This document shows positions 8,266-17,078 of a DNA stretch of 64,000 bases, piece by piece. The translations under genes and the position numbers were made by a program. This DNA comes from Minisyncoccota bacterium (GTDB lineage Bacteria; Patescibacteriota; Minisyncoccia; Phycocordibacterales; PALSA-1337). The notes beneath the pieces are model-generated. The model was not told where the DNA came from. It ran no database searches and saw nothing but the letters and a program-made list of their open reading frames with translations. The stretch covers positions 4,143-68,142 of the forward strand of contig JAVHOW010000017.1 in assembly GCA_036170235.1 (NCBI GenBank). The letters run 5' to 3'. How positions within the stretch are numbered: the stretch's first letter is position 1; every line of letters begins with the position of its first letter.

Positions 8266-9702
8266 ATGACACAACGCGACTATTTCAAAGGCAAACGCAT
8301 TGCGGTGATTGGTCTCGGCGCGCGTGGAGAAATGGTCGAAGACGTGAAATATCTCATCAAAGCCGGCGCGTGGGTCTCTATTTATGACCTGAAAAGCGAG
8401 GCGCGTCTCAAGAACCACCTCGTATTCTTGCGTTCTGTCGGTTTGGCAAATTATGTTTGCGGTTCTATTCCAGCCGAGGATTTGCTCGATATGGATTTGA
8501 TTATCTTATCACATGAATATCCGCGCGACTCGTCATTCCTGAAATCGGTGCATACGCAAAATAGTGAAATCAATATAGAAGGAAAGAGTGATAAAGAAAA
8601 AGTCATTGAAAATTCGGGCATGACAAACTCGGATGGTGAAAAAACTATTGAACGAGCTGAAAAAGATTATCAGAAAAAAATTCCGATTGAATACCCCGAA
8701 ACACTTTTTTTCAAATTGGCGCCACCGGTGACTTTGGTTGGGGTTATGGGTATTTGTGGCAAATCAACTGTTATATCTATTCTGACTCCATTACTTGATG
8801 ACGTTTGTGAAAAATACGAAACGCAGGGATTGTTTGTGGTAGACCCTGAATCCGCGGATGGCGTATTGGTACATCTTAAGAAAATAAAAAGCGGCGACAT
8901 TGTACTCATGCGTATTGTAGATCACATATTGCAAGAAATGAGCACGTTGCGCATCAGTCCACACGTTGCCATCTTCACGACTATTCCTCCAAAAAATTCA
9001 TACACAACATCGCCATTTGAAATTTTGGCGTATCAGACGTATAACAATTTCATTATCGCATCTGATGAAGTGATTGACGCGACTCGTCTCTCGAAGTTTC
9101 AGCCACGCGCCAAAATGTTGCGTACCAAAGCATCGCTTATTCCGGCTGATTGGGGTTTTCTTGGACGTGGTCCGCATGATTATTCCAATGCAGCTTTGGC
9201 TCTCCAGGCGGCAAAATTATTCAAAGTAGATAACGATATTGCTAGGCATATTTTGGGGAACTGGAAAGCCTTGAAAGGTAGATTGGAATTGGTCAAAAAA
9301 GTTAAAAATATAGAATTTTATAATGATACGATGTCGATGACACCTGATGCGACGCTGGCTGGAATTACCGCATTATCGGAAGGTAGAAATGTCATCTTGA
9401 TTTTTGGTGGCTCCGAAGTCGGATATGAATATAATAAATTATACGCGGAATTATCTCGCTACGTGCATACGGTCATAAGTATTCCGGGAAGTGGCACTAT
9501 TCGTCAACGCCTTTCATTGCAGGAGATCGAAGGTCTAACGGTTTATTCCAAATCATCAATCGAAGAAGCGGTTCGGACGGCTTTTGAACATGCGCAAAAA
9601 GGGGATCGGGTTCTTTTTAGTCCGGGTTTTGATGCTGGTGGAGTAGATGGTTCGAAGATCGAGCGTGGTGAGAAATTTGTGAAAGCGGTTAAGGGGTTGT
9701 AG
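8266..9702 (+). CDS. murD: UDP-N-acetylmuramoylalanine--D-glutamate ligase (MurD-like Mur ligase) with ~55-aa insertion
   Basis: N-terminal Rossmann motif KRIAVIGLGARG, P-loop-like VGVMGICGKSTV, and Mur ligase C-terminal features. An AT-rich Lys/Glu-rich insertion lies around aa 95-150. Confidence 0.72.
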   Translation: MTQRDYFKGKRIAVIGLGARGEMVEDVKYLIKAGAWVSIYDLKSEARLKNHLVFLRSVGLANYVCGSIPAEDLLDMDLIILSHEYPRDSSFLKSVHTQNSEINIEGKSDKEKVIENSGMTNSDGEKTIERAEKDYQKKIPIEYPETLFFKLAPPVTLVGVMGICGKSTVISILTPLLDDVCEKYETQGLFVVDPESADGVLVHLKKIKSGDIVLMRIVDHILQEMSTLRISPHVAIFTTIPPKNSYTTSPFEILAYQTYNNFIIASDEVIDATRLSKFQPRAKMLRTKASLIPADWGFLGRGPHDYSNAALALQAAKLFKVDNDIARHILGNWKALKGRLELVKKVKNIEFYNDTMSMTPDATLAGITALSEGRNVILIFGGSEVGYEYNKLYAELSRYVHTVISIPGSGTIRQRLSLQEIEGLTVYSKSSIEEAVRTAFEHAQKGDRVLFSPGFDAGGVDGSKIERGEKFVKAVKGL

Positions 9703-9703
9703 G

Positions 9704-9739
9704 GAACACAAGAAATACATACACACCTTCTTGTGTTCT
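9704..9739. terminator. bidirectional hairpin between convergent genes
   Basis: gaacacaagaa (9704-9714) pairs with ttcttgtgttc (9729-9739). It lies between the murD stop (9702) and the stop of the minus-strand gene (9742). Confidence 0.55.
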
Positions 9740-9741
9740 AA

Positions 9742-10674
9742 TTAATCACCGCAAATCATACATACCACTGCACCGTCAATTTTGTGCTCGACGTACACTG
9801 CTTTCATTGCTCCAACAACGGATAGTGCGCTGTTGGTGGAGATTTCTAGACCAGTGTGAGTTAGCGCCAATTCTTGCGCGGCCTCGACATCTTCGTTTGT
9901 CGCTACCCAACCTTTACCACCAGTTTTTTCGATGAGTGGAATAAGGACTGATTTTCTGTATCCAGTTATATCTACAATGGCATCGGCGATCGAAGGTTCA
10001 TCTGGACCGTCGTAGGTTTCAAATGCATCGGCAAGTGTGTGACATGAAGAGGTTTGCACGATATGAACTTGAATAGGTAGTTTATTTTTCAGAAAATAAG
10101 TGGCGAGCGCTTGCGCGGTTGTGCCTGAAGAAGTGCCGATAAAAACAGCACCAATTTTTTGCGGTTGCGCGCCTTTTGAATTTGAAGTTAATTTATCTGA
10201 AAATTCTTTAATTAATTCCTTAGCCAAAGATTCATAACCAACAAGCGCTTCATCATCGGTCGATTGGCGCAGACTGCGGATACCTTCTTGACTAGCTTGG
10301 GTTAATGCTTGCATTGGGCGTTCTTTCACTAGGACACGAATGTTACCGCTACTTTTTTCGGCTATTGCGCGAATCTTTGCGAGTTTTTTCGGCGATACAT
10401 GATTGCCGACGAAGATGTCTAGTTTCAGACTTCCAAGGTCTGACACTGGACTTTGATTTTTTTCTTGAATATAAAGTGCCCCTGCCAATGCCGCATTTCC
10501 TGAAGATGAAATAGCGAATGAACGGTCGCCGCTAGAATAATAGTGTTCAATCATAACTGGAATAGAGCGACCCTTGTGTGAGCCGTATAGGTGCTTGTCC
10601 TCACGCTTAAAATAGAGATCGGTGACGCTGATCGCTGTGGCTAGTTTCGGGTACTTTTCCAGTGGAGTTAGCAT
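9742..10674 (-). CDS. pyridoxal-phosphate-dependent enzyme, tryptophan-synthase-beta-like (PALP) fold
   Basis: YFKREDKHLYGSHKGRS (PLP-lysine motif of the threonine synthase/cysteine synthase superfamily) and a glycine-rich GTSSGTTAQ loop. Confidence 0.7.
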   Translation of the reverse strand: MLTPLEKYPKLATAISVTDLYFKREDKHLYGSHKGRSIPVMIEHYYSSGDRSFAISSSGNAALAGALYIQEKNQSPVSDLGSLKLDIFVGNHVSPKKLAKIRAIAEKSSGNIRVLVKERPMQALTQASQEGIRSLRQSTDDEALVGYESLAKELIKEFSDKLTSNSKGAQPQKIGAVFIGTSSGTTAQALATYFLKNKLPIQVHIVQTSSCHTLADAFETYDGPDEPSIADAIVDITGYRKSVLIPLIEKTGGKGWVATNEDVEAAQELALTHTGLEISTNSALSVVGAMKAVYVEHKIDGAVVCMICGD

Positions 10675-10699
10675 GAGACAAGTTTACAGGGAAATGCTC

Positions 10700-10727
10700 G
10701 AGGTGTCACCTATGGAGGTGACACCTC
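10700..10727. repeat. conserved GAGGTGnnACC / GGTnnCACCTC hairpin, copy 1
   Basis: An 11-bp perfect stem with loop tatgga. The same motif recurs at 60659-60692 with a compensatory change at the nn positions. Confidence 0.6.
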
Positions 10728-10828
10728 CTTATTCGCTTACTTTACTTTGCACTTTGTACTTCTTTCAGGTACTATTGGAAGAACAGCCCCTAGTAATGTA
10801 TTGGCGGCTGTTATTTACTTAAATATTA

Positions 10829-11026
10829 ATGTTTCATCAAAACCTAAAAACTATGAATATGCTATGTGTATGCCCAGAATGTAAAAATACTATTGATCTG
10901 TCGCGTTATCCAAATCTGACCGCCGGTATGGTCATTGAATGTAATCATTGTGGCATGACTCTTGTGGTAAAGAATATTGCCGCTGACGGCGCGGTCAAGA
11001 CGGAGATTGTTGACGAGGGGAAGTAG
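10829..11026 (+). CDS. small zinc-ribbon protein, LysW/ArgW-like amino-group carrier fold (tentative)
   Basis: CPEC...(17 aa)...CNHCG followed by LVV and an acidic tail TEIVDEGK, resembling LysW (CPxC..C..CG..LEV...EDWGE). The start is uncertain (ATG 10829 or 10853). Confidence 0.4.
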   Translation: MFHQNLKTMNMLCVCPECKNTIDLSRYPNLTAGMVIECNHCGMTLVVKNIAADGAVKTEIVDEGK

Positions 11027-11046
11027 GAAGAGAATTACTAATTGAC

Positions 11047-12456
11047 CTAATTTCTAAGTGGGGTTAATTTACTGACCACCTCCTCAATCATGCCTCTAAA
11101 TCCATGCGATCCAAGGAAGACGATAACGTCACCAGCGTGTGTTTCTGGCTTCAAAAAGTTAACAAGATTCTTGTCATCTTCTATGTAGTGGGTATTGGCG
11201 TGGGTTTTACTAATAATCGTGGTTAATTCTTCGCCTCCCAATGGTTTATCGGTCGCACTTTCGTCAATTTTTAGCTTAGTAAGGCGCGGGATAATTACCA
11301 GATCGGAATTCTTAAATGCATCGTCATACATATGTGCAGAATTTCTTTGTCGTCCTCCTATATTGGGTTCATATACAGCGACGATTTTTCGGTCATAAAC
11401 TTCGCGAATACTTTCAAGAACTGAAGCCGCCTTTTCTGGGGTTGGCGCATGACAATCAAGCACGGTTATTTCTCCTTCAAATCTTTTTTCAAATCGGCGT
11501 TTTATACCTTTGAAGTTGGCAATGGCTTGAATTATTTTATTTGGTTCAATACCAATACTATGTGCCAATGCAAAACAACCTGTTATATTTTCGGCATTGA
11601 AACGTCCGAGCATAGGGGAGTGAATGTTCCACGATTTGCCAGCGTGTTCCACTACAAAATCCAGACCATTTTTTGTGTGATTGATTGAGTGATAATAATA
11701 ATCAGCGCCAGAAGTTTTTCCGTAAGTAATGGTTTTGGAATTTTTGGTAACTTCAATCACACCTTCATTATCTTTGCAGGCGACGATGATTCCTTGTGTT
11801 GGGATTTTCTTTATGAGATTCTTGAATTCATCGAAATACGCTTTTTCGGTAGGATACAGATCTGCATGATCCCAAGACACTGAAGTTAGAAGAAGGTGAG
11901 TCGGAGAATAGTAGACGAATTTTGGTCTCTTGTCCGAAATGGAAACCTGATATTCGTCGCCCTCAACGACGCTCCATTCTGAATCGGATATGGCGCCGGT
12001 GCTGTGAGATAGCGAAAGCCCGCCGGTAAAATAACTTGGATCTAAACCGGATTGTATAAGAATGAATGATAGGAGTGAGGAATTTGTCGTCTTGCCCCAT
12101 GTGCCAACTGTCACGATAGAGTTTTTCTTGATGAAATATTTTTCTAATACTTCTGGATAAGTGTATACAGGTATGCCATGTTCCTTGGCGTATAGAACTT
12201 CTGGATTTGAAGGGCTTGTTCCGCCACCGCCAGTCATAACTATGTCCGGTGTGCCAATATTTTCCGGATGCCAGCCAGCATAAAAAGAGACCCGGTTCTT
12301 CTCCAATTCAGTTGAAACTGGAGGATAAAAACCCTTGTCACTGCCTGTTACAGTGCAACCCTTATTTTTGAAGGCTATAGCAATAGCGCTCGTAGCAACG
12401 CCACAAATGCCTATAACGTGGACTCTTTTGGGTAGATTTTCGGCACTTGATTTCAT
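11047..12456 (-). CDS. Mur ligase family protein, Mpl/MurC-like (UDP-N-acetylmuramate--amino acid/peptide ligase)
   Basis: VHVIGICGVATSAIAIAFKNKGCTVTGSDKGFYPPVSTELE closely follows the Mpl/MurC N-terminus. P-loop VGTWGKTT. Confidence 0.8.
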   Translation of the reverse strand: MKSSAENLPKRVHVIGICGVATSAIAIAFKNKGCTVTGSDKGFYPPVSTELEKNRVSFYAGWHPENIGTPDIVMTGGGGTSPSNPEVLYAKEHGIPVYTYPEVLEKYFIKKNSIVTVGTWGKTTNSSLLSFILIQSGLDPSYFTGGLSLSHSTGAISDSEWSVVEGDEYQVSISDKRPKFVYYSPTHLLLTSVSWDHADLYPTEKAYFDEFKNLIKKIPTQGIIVACKDNEGVIEVTKNSKTITYGKTSGADYYYHSINHTKNGLDFVVEHAGKSWNIHSPMLGRFNAENITGCFALAHSIGIEPNKIIQAIANFKGIKRRFEKRFEGEITVLDCHAPTPEKAASVLESIREVYDRKIVAVYEPNIGGRQRNSAHMYDDAFKNSDLVIIPRLTKLKIDESATDKPLGGEELTTIISKTHANTHYIEDDKNLVNFLKPETHAGDVIVFLGSHGFRGMIEEVVSKLTPLRN

Positions 12457-12509
12457 GGTTTGTTTAGTATAGCTTAAGTAGCAGAACCATCAAAATTCGA
12501 CTTTTACCT

Positions 12510-13181
12510 ATGAGCATAATACGCGAAATTGCCAAACAAGTAGAGTCACCAGTTTTGTCTCCCAAATTGATCAGCCTCATCACTGACGTCTGCTTTGGTC
12601 ACGAATGTTTCGAGCCAGGTCAATATGAGGCTGTGTTAATCTTCGGTACGCCACACGAAGTGAATCAACGGCTGATCGCTGATCTTTTGCCAAATATCAT
12701 TCAGCTCCATAATCCCAGTACGGTATATATTACCGGTAGGCCATATGGGACTAGAACTGCTGAGTCAGAACAAATTCTTCAATTGATTGGTCCTGAAAAA
12801 TATGGAAGCGTCAATTTTAAAGTTGATACGATCTCGACTAATACAAAAGAAAATGTCGAACAAGCCATGATTCTCGGTTTGGCTGATCATCAGAAAATCA
12901 TTTTTGTTGCAAAAACTCCACACTATGGTAGGTGCCATCTTACCCTCAGAAAGTATTTGCCGAATGCAACATTAAAAGGCAATTGCTATGATCCTGTTTT
13001 GTCTCCTGGTCTGTCAGGAACAAGAAATAGTTGGTGGGAATTTCCAGAGATTCGAAATCTGATGTGGGCCGAGTTCCTTCGGATTGAGCTCTATGGAGGG
13101 CGCCACGATATCGATTACCCAGAAGTTGTTCGAACGAAAGTCGAGCGAGTTCGGGAGTTGATTCAAGAGCAGTCTCAGTAA
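12510..13181 (+). CDS. DUF218 (YdcF/ElyC-like) domain protein
   Basis: DTISTNTKENVEQA matches the DUF218 STNTxEN signature. Confidence 0.6.
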   Translation: MSIIREIAKQVESPVLSPKLISLITDVCFGHECFEPGQYEAVLIFGTPHEVNQRLIADLLPNIIQLHNPSTVYITGRPYGTRTAESEQILQLIGPEKYGSVNFKVDTISTNTKENVEQAMILGLADHQKIIFVAKTPHYGRCHLTLRKYLPNATLKGNCYDPVLSPGLSGTRNSWWEFPEIRNLMWAEFLRIELYGGRHDIDYPEVVRTKVERVRELIQEQSQ

Positions 13182-13202
13182 ATGTCTTCAGACAATCGAA
13201 AT

Positions 13203-13234
13203 TGGCGATCCTTCAGTGGGTCGCCATTTTTTTT
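13203..13234 (+). terminator. rho-independent terminator
   Basis: tggcgatcc (13203-13211) pairs with gggtcgcca (13218-13226), followed by T8 (13227-13234). Confidence 0.75.
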
Positions 13235-13269
13235 GATAATTAAATCATTTCACCCGCGTTACTCAACCG

Positions 13270-13929
13270 TTATTCACCCTTCGCCAAAATTTCACGAACT
13301 TTCGCTTCGTCAGTGGACCACTTTTCACCGTCGAACCACTCGAGACCTTCGAATTGCAACTTATAAATATCTCCTGGTCTTTGGAGCGATCCAAGATATG
13401 CATAACCAAGCCCTTTTCCTTGTGCGTATTGAATAGCTTTTGTCATCATACCTAGCCCCATATCTTTTGATGATTTTCCAAGATCATAAAATGGATAGCT
13501 GTAGTGAATGATTTTTGAATTTATATAACAAATTGTGTATCCGATGAGACCTTGCGCGTTTGAAAATAAAAGCAGATTGGTGAAATTACTTTTTTCTTTG
13601 TTGGTGAGAATCTCCTTGATTTTCTGAGCACTCATTATACCTGGACCAAATTTTGCCTCATAAAAATCTTGAGCGAGCTTTCCTAGAGACCAATGATATT
13701 CGCCATAAGGCAAGGTCACTTCTTGCATAGCGATATCGTCGACTTTTTTGAGGATGCGTCGGTTTTCACTACTTGGTTTGAATTTCTCCAAATCAATGCG
13801 CACAGAACGTGTTTGATGCATTACACCTTTTCCAATACGCGTAAAAACGAAACCGTGACTGTACATTTCCGTGACGGATTTTTCAGAGAAGTCGGCGATA
13901 GTTTTTTCGTTCCAGTGTAAGTAAGTCAT
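13270..13929 (-). CDS. arginyl/leucyl-tRNA--protein transferase (ATE/Bpt) family GNAT-fold protein
   Basis: HGFVFTRIGKGVMHQTRSVRIDLEKFKPSSENRRILKK and YAYLGSLQRPGDIYKLQFEGLEWFDGEKW resemble the ATE_N/ATE_C signatures (GFRRSG...R..v..F..S.s.RR; YLGY...YK..F.P.E...W). Confidence 0.55.
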   Translation of the reverse strand: MTYLHWNEKTIADFSEKSVTEMYSHGFVFTRIGKGVMHQTRSVRIDLEKFKPSSENRRILKKVDDIAMQEVTLPYGEYHWSLGKLAQDFYEAKFGPGIMSAQKIKEILTNKEKSNFTNLLLFSNAQGLIGYTICYINSKIIHYSYPFYDLGKSSKDMGLGMMTKAIQYAQGKGLGYAYLGSLQRPGDIYKLQFEGLEWFDGEKWSTDEAKVREILAKGE

Positions 13930-13944
13930 CTGCGGTTATTTGTG

Positions 13945-13973
13945 GTATTCGTGTAATTCGTGGATTCGTATTA
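13945..13973. promoter_or_regulatory. 29-nt triple ATTCGT direct-repeat motif, copy 1
   Basis: gtATTCGTgtaATTCGTggATTCGTatta is 26/29 identical to 59351-59379. It lies between the mraY stop and the start of the ATE-like gene. Confidence 0.45.
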
Positions 13974-13974
13974 A

Positions 13975-15105
13975 TTAATGTAACGCCAACCAGAACCCAA
14001 ATACCACGAAAATAAAATGCACGACCCAGAAACGCATGACGGTTTTTTCTTCGGTCCAACCTTTGAGCTCAAAGTGGTGGTGTAGAGGTGCCATTTTAAA
14101 TATTTTACGGCCGAGGGTGTAACGAGAAATGACTTGGATTACGACTGAAAATGCTTCGATATAGAACATGAAACCAATAAATAAAAGGGAAATAGTCTCA
14201 CCAATTGCCATAGCGTTGACTGCTAGAAGCGCGCCAAGTCCTAGACTGCCGACGTCACCCATCATGAAGCGGGCTGGTTTTATATTGAAATAAGTATAGG
14301 CTACGAGTGCTCCAATAGTGGTAGCATTCAAAATTGCAATCTCACCAAAACCATTTATCCATGAAAGGATAGTCAGTGCACTGAATGTTGTGATAAGCAT
14401 ACCTCCAGCTAAACCATCCATACCATCAGCGATGTTGACGGCATTGGCAGTGAACATAACTATAAAAATAATAACAGGAACAATGATCCAGCCGAGATCA
14501 AAACCATTGGTAATAAATGGAATATAAATGTAATGCCAAGCAGGTCCTAGTTTGGTAAAAATCCACCAGGCGGCAATGGCTCCAGCGACAAATTGTAGGA
14601 TGAGTTTTTCATGAACAAATACACCTTTGCTTGTTCGTGAACCGAACCAAACTGACAGACGTTTGAAAGCACTCCATGGAAAAGTGATAGTGTACCAGAG
14701 GCGCATTTTCCAATCTTTGTGAATACGGATGAGGTTCATAATATGACCGAGTTTACGTGAGCGACGTTCAGCGCCATAAATGTTCATGAGGTCATCGATT
14801 GCACCCAAAGCTGCTGATATGATCATGACGCCTATTGGTACGTAAGTGAACGAACGATTCCAATTAAAAAAATAAGTGATTACTGCAACTGTGATAACAA
14901 CAAGTAGTCCACCCATGACTGGAGTGGTGGCTTTGTAAGCGTGTGAACCAAGAGTTGCTAGTTCTGTTTTGGCGCCTTTTATGATGTTAAATCGGTACAG
15001 AAAACGTATAAGTAATGGTGCCCAAATATAGGCGACAACAGCGCCTGCAAGGGCAAAACCAAGGATATAGGAGAGGTCGGCGGTACCTTCTAGGATGGTT
15101 ATCAT
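13975..15105 (-). CDS. mraY: phospho-N-acetylmuramoyl-pentapeptide transferase
   Basis: 376 aa, 10 TM-like segments. Motifs NAVNIADGMDGLAGG, GDVGSLGLGALLA and APLHHHFE. Confidence 0.93.
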   Translation of the reverse strand: MITILEGTADLSYILGFALAGAVVAYIWAPLLIRFLYRFNIIKGAKTELATLGSHAYKATTPVMGGLLVVITVAVITYFFNWNRSFTYVPIGVMIISAALGAIDDLMNIYGAERRSRKLGHIMNLIRIHKDWKMRLWYTITFPWSAFKRLSVWFGSRTSKGVFVHEKLILQFVAGAIAAWWIFTKLGPAWHYIYIPFITNGFDLGWIIVPVIIFIVMFTANAVNIADGMDGLAGGMLITTFSALTILSWINGFGEIAILNATTIGALVAYTYFNIKPARFMMGDVGSLGLGALLAVNAMAIGETISLLFIGFMFYIEAFSVVIQVISRYTLGRKIFKMAPLHHHFELKGWTEEKTVMRFWVVHFIFVVFGFWLALH

Positions 15106-15151
15106 GGGGTATAAAGTACCACAGAAATGGTGTTTTTGCTAGTTATTCTAA

Positions 15152-15328
15152 ATGTAAGAGCTGAACGACACCTATTTTTTTTGTTGTCTCGAAAACTCGC
15201 AACGTACACCTACCTCAAAATTTTTACACCTTTATTCAAAGTCCGTGGCGATTCCAATTTTGAGTCCGGTGTTACTCGCTCAAACAGTTCAAGACAACAA
15301 AAAAATAGGTGTCGTTTCGCTCTTACAT
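15152..15328. repeat. long hairpin element, copy B (37-38-bp near-perfect outer inverted repeat + conserved core)
   Basis: 15152-15189 pairs with 15292-15328 (two mismatches, T8 versus T7). The reverse complement of the core 15190-15291 aligns with the copy A core, sharing TGAACTGTyTGAGCGAGTAACAC...ACTCAAAATTGGAATC...AATTTTGAG...GTGTACGTTGmGAGTTTTC. Confidence 0.85.
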
Positions 15329-16099
15329 CCACTTCAATTTCCTCAACTCTGTCTTCGATTTTCCGGCACGCACAAAGATACGATTGGTGTCAGCTTGTTT
15401 GTCGTTTTCGGTCCAAACTTGTTCGGTGATGGGTTTGTTGATGTTGGTGATTTCAATAGTGCCTTGTATCACACCAGTGCCATATACACCATCTTCTGGA
15501 TAAGCGACTGCGTGGGAATAATGAATCTTGTATGGAATGAAATTTTGGTATTCGACTTGGTGAATGACGAGGATGTGGTCACGATCGTATTCTGCACTTT
15601 CGCCTACCATCGTAATGATATCTCCAGGCACAATTTCTTTTATCGAAATGGCACGACTATTTTTGTCATTGGTGAGAGTCGAGACATCACAGTTTTCAAT
15701 CGGGCGCAGAGAACAACGGATTTTACCAACAAGTCCGTGGCAATTAACAAATGATATATGTTTGTCGATCGAGCCCTTACCCAACTCTTCGCTTTCCACG
15801 TTGAGTATGTAATATGCGTATGCGGAACAATCGATGCCGAGGTTATTATCCGTGAGTATTTTTTTTAGTGATTCATCGGAAATTGACCCGACAGCTACAT
15901 GAGCTTTTACAAAAAGTGTCTGTACTTCATCAAAAATATCTTTTGGACTACCTTTGCCGCTACTCACACGCAAAGTAGCGCGCGCCTTGACGGTTTTATT
16001 ATTGAAATAGGGAACCGAGCATACGGCATTACCAACCTTGAAATGCAGGTATTGGTCGATGACATTGAGTGCGCGGTTAGAGAGGGTTTTGGTGTTCAT
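15323..16099 (-). CDS. hypothetical protein, possible NlpC/P60-like Cys-His hydrolase
   Basis: GIDCSAYAYYIL followed later by DRDHILVIHQV is compatible with a papain-like Cys...His arrangement. This is weak. Confidence 0.35.
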   Translation of the reverse strand: MNTKTLSNRALNVIDQYLHFKVGNAVCSVPYFNNKTVKARATLRVSSGKGSPKDIFDEVQTLFVKAHVAVGSISDESLKKILTDNNLGIDCSAYAYYILNVESEELGKGSIDKHISFVNCHGLVGKIRCSLRPIENCDVSTLTNDKNSRAISIKEIVPGDIITMVGESAEYDRDHILVIHQVEYQNFIPYKIHYSHAVAYPEDGVYGTGVIQGTIEITNINKPITEQVWTENDKQADTNRIFVRAGKSKTELRKLKWM

Positions 16100-16178
16100 G
16101 TGGCAATTTGGCGCGCAGGGTAGACCTGAGCATTTAAGTGCTCTTAAATATAGCTTAAAATAGAGGTTTTGGTGAGGG

Positions 16179-16207
16179 TTGACATATATAGAGTTTGGGT
16201 GTACAAT
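16179..16207 (+). promoter_or_regulatory. sigma70-type promoter of DGR target 1
   Basis: TTGACA (16179-16184), 17 nt spacer, TACAAT (16202-16207). About 108 nt upstream of the ATG. Confidence 0.55.
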
Positions 16208-16315
16208 ACAGGCAGAAAGTTGGGGTCAAGAACCTTGAGTTTCTAGCTGTGACGAAACCACTACGGCCAAGTCGACAGCGCAAAGAAAACAACAAAGAAA
16301 GGAAGGGTTGCGAAT

Positions 16316-16972
16316 ATGAGCAACAAGGCATCATTAACAAACACGGAACTGGAAGTCACACAAAAAATGCAGACGCATTTTCCACGCGGCTTGGATACGA
16401 AAGTGCTCGGAGCCGTCAACAGTTGCCCAGTGGAAAATCTCACCGCGGCGCTTATGGAGATGGTGGATAAATTGGCGAGCGGTGCGAAAGCCAAAGTCAG
16501 CAAACTCCTCGAATTGGTGACGTCGGTGAAAGTTGCTGCCGTCAAGGAGTTCATCGCCGCCGACAAATTCAAAGCTGGTGAAACAGTTGATGGGGTGAAG
16601 TATTACTCCTCATTCGGCGGCAACTTCATCAAGCACTTCCTGTCCAAGGTTGAGAGAGATGTGGCAGCGACGGATCTTCGGGTCCACAAACTGCTGTGTA
16701 ATTCCAAAGACCTTGGCATCCGCACAGGGATTGGTGAGGACAATGAAGAGACCAGCCTCGCGCACCTTCAGCAGTGCTTGAAGCGTCAGGGTAACGGTGA
16801 AAAAGGTGATCTCCTGATCAATGGTTGGGCGAACATCTTCTACATCCGTGACATGGACGGCAACCTCTGGGCCGTGCGCGCGTACTGGTGCGGCGTTGGT
16901 TGGTGCCTCAGTGCCGACTCCGTCGAGGACCCGGATGGTTGGAGTGCTGGCGACCAGGTCTTCTCCCGCTGA
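16316..16972 (+). CDS. DGR variable protein (target 1), C-terminal VR
   Basis: 218 aa. The last 35 codons are VR1. Paralogous to 19021..19614 (shared ...NIFYIR...GNLWAV...W...GW.L.A.SVE.P..W.AG.QVFSR). No signal peptide or TM seen. Confidence 0.85.
   Translation: MSNKASLTNTELEVTQKMQTHFPRGLDTKVLGAVNSCPVENLTAALMEMVDKLASGAKAKVSKLLELVTSVKVAAVKEFIAADKFKAGETVDGVKYYSSFGGNFIKHFLSKVERDVAATDLRVHKLLCNSKDLGIRTGIGEDNEETSLAHLQQCLKRQGNGEKGDLLINGWANIFYIRDMDGNLWAVRAYWCGVGWCLSADSVEDPDGWSAGDQVFSR
16865..16970 (+). repeat. DGR variable repeat VR1
   Basis: 106 nt aligned to TR 17304-17409 without gaps. There are 15 differences, all at TR adenines. Confidence 0.9.
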
Positions 16973-17023
16973 TTCTTTGTGGTTTTGAACCTCTGCGTTT
17001 GTGTTCTGACACTTTGAATCTCA

Positions 17024-17066
17024 GACCCTCTGAAACTTGCGAAAGTTTTGGAGGGTTCTTTTTTTA
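17024..17066 (+). terminator. hairpin plus T-run after target 1
   Basis: gaccctc...gagggtt outer stem, aaactt/aagttt inner stem, then a T-run at 17057-17067. Confidence 0.6.
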
Positions 17067-17069
17067 TTT

Positions 17070-17078
17070 TGGTATACT
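17070..17078 (+). promoter_or_regulatory. extended -10 element (TGgTATACT), candidate promoter of the TR RNA
   Basis: The sequence tggtatact lies directly after the target 1 terminator, about 225 nt upstream of the TR. Confidence 0.4.

Noticed and set aside
13182-13436. ORF 13182..13436 (+), 84 aa
   Set aside because: It runs through a clear rho-independent terminator and then antisense into the ATE-like gene.
15127-15812. Plus-strand ORFs 15127..15429, 15245..15754, 15309..15503 and 15564..15812
   Set aside because: They span hairpin element B or are antisense to the 15323..16099 gene, and their composition is not protein-like.
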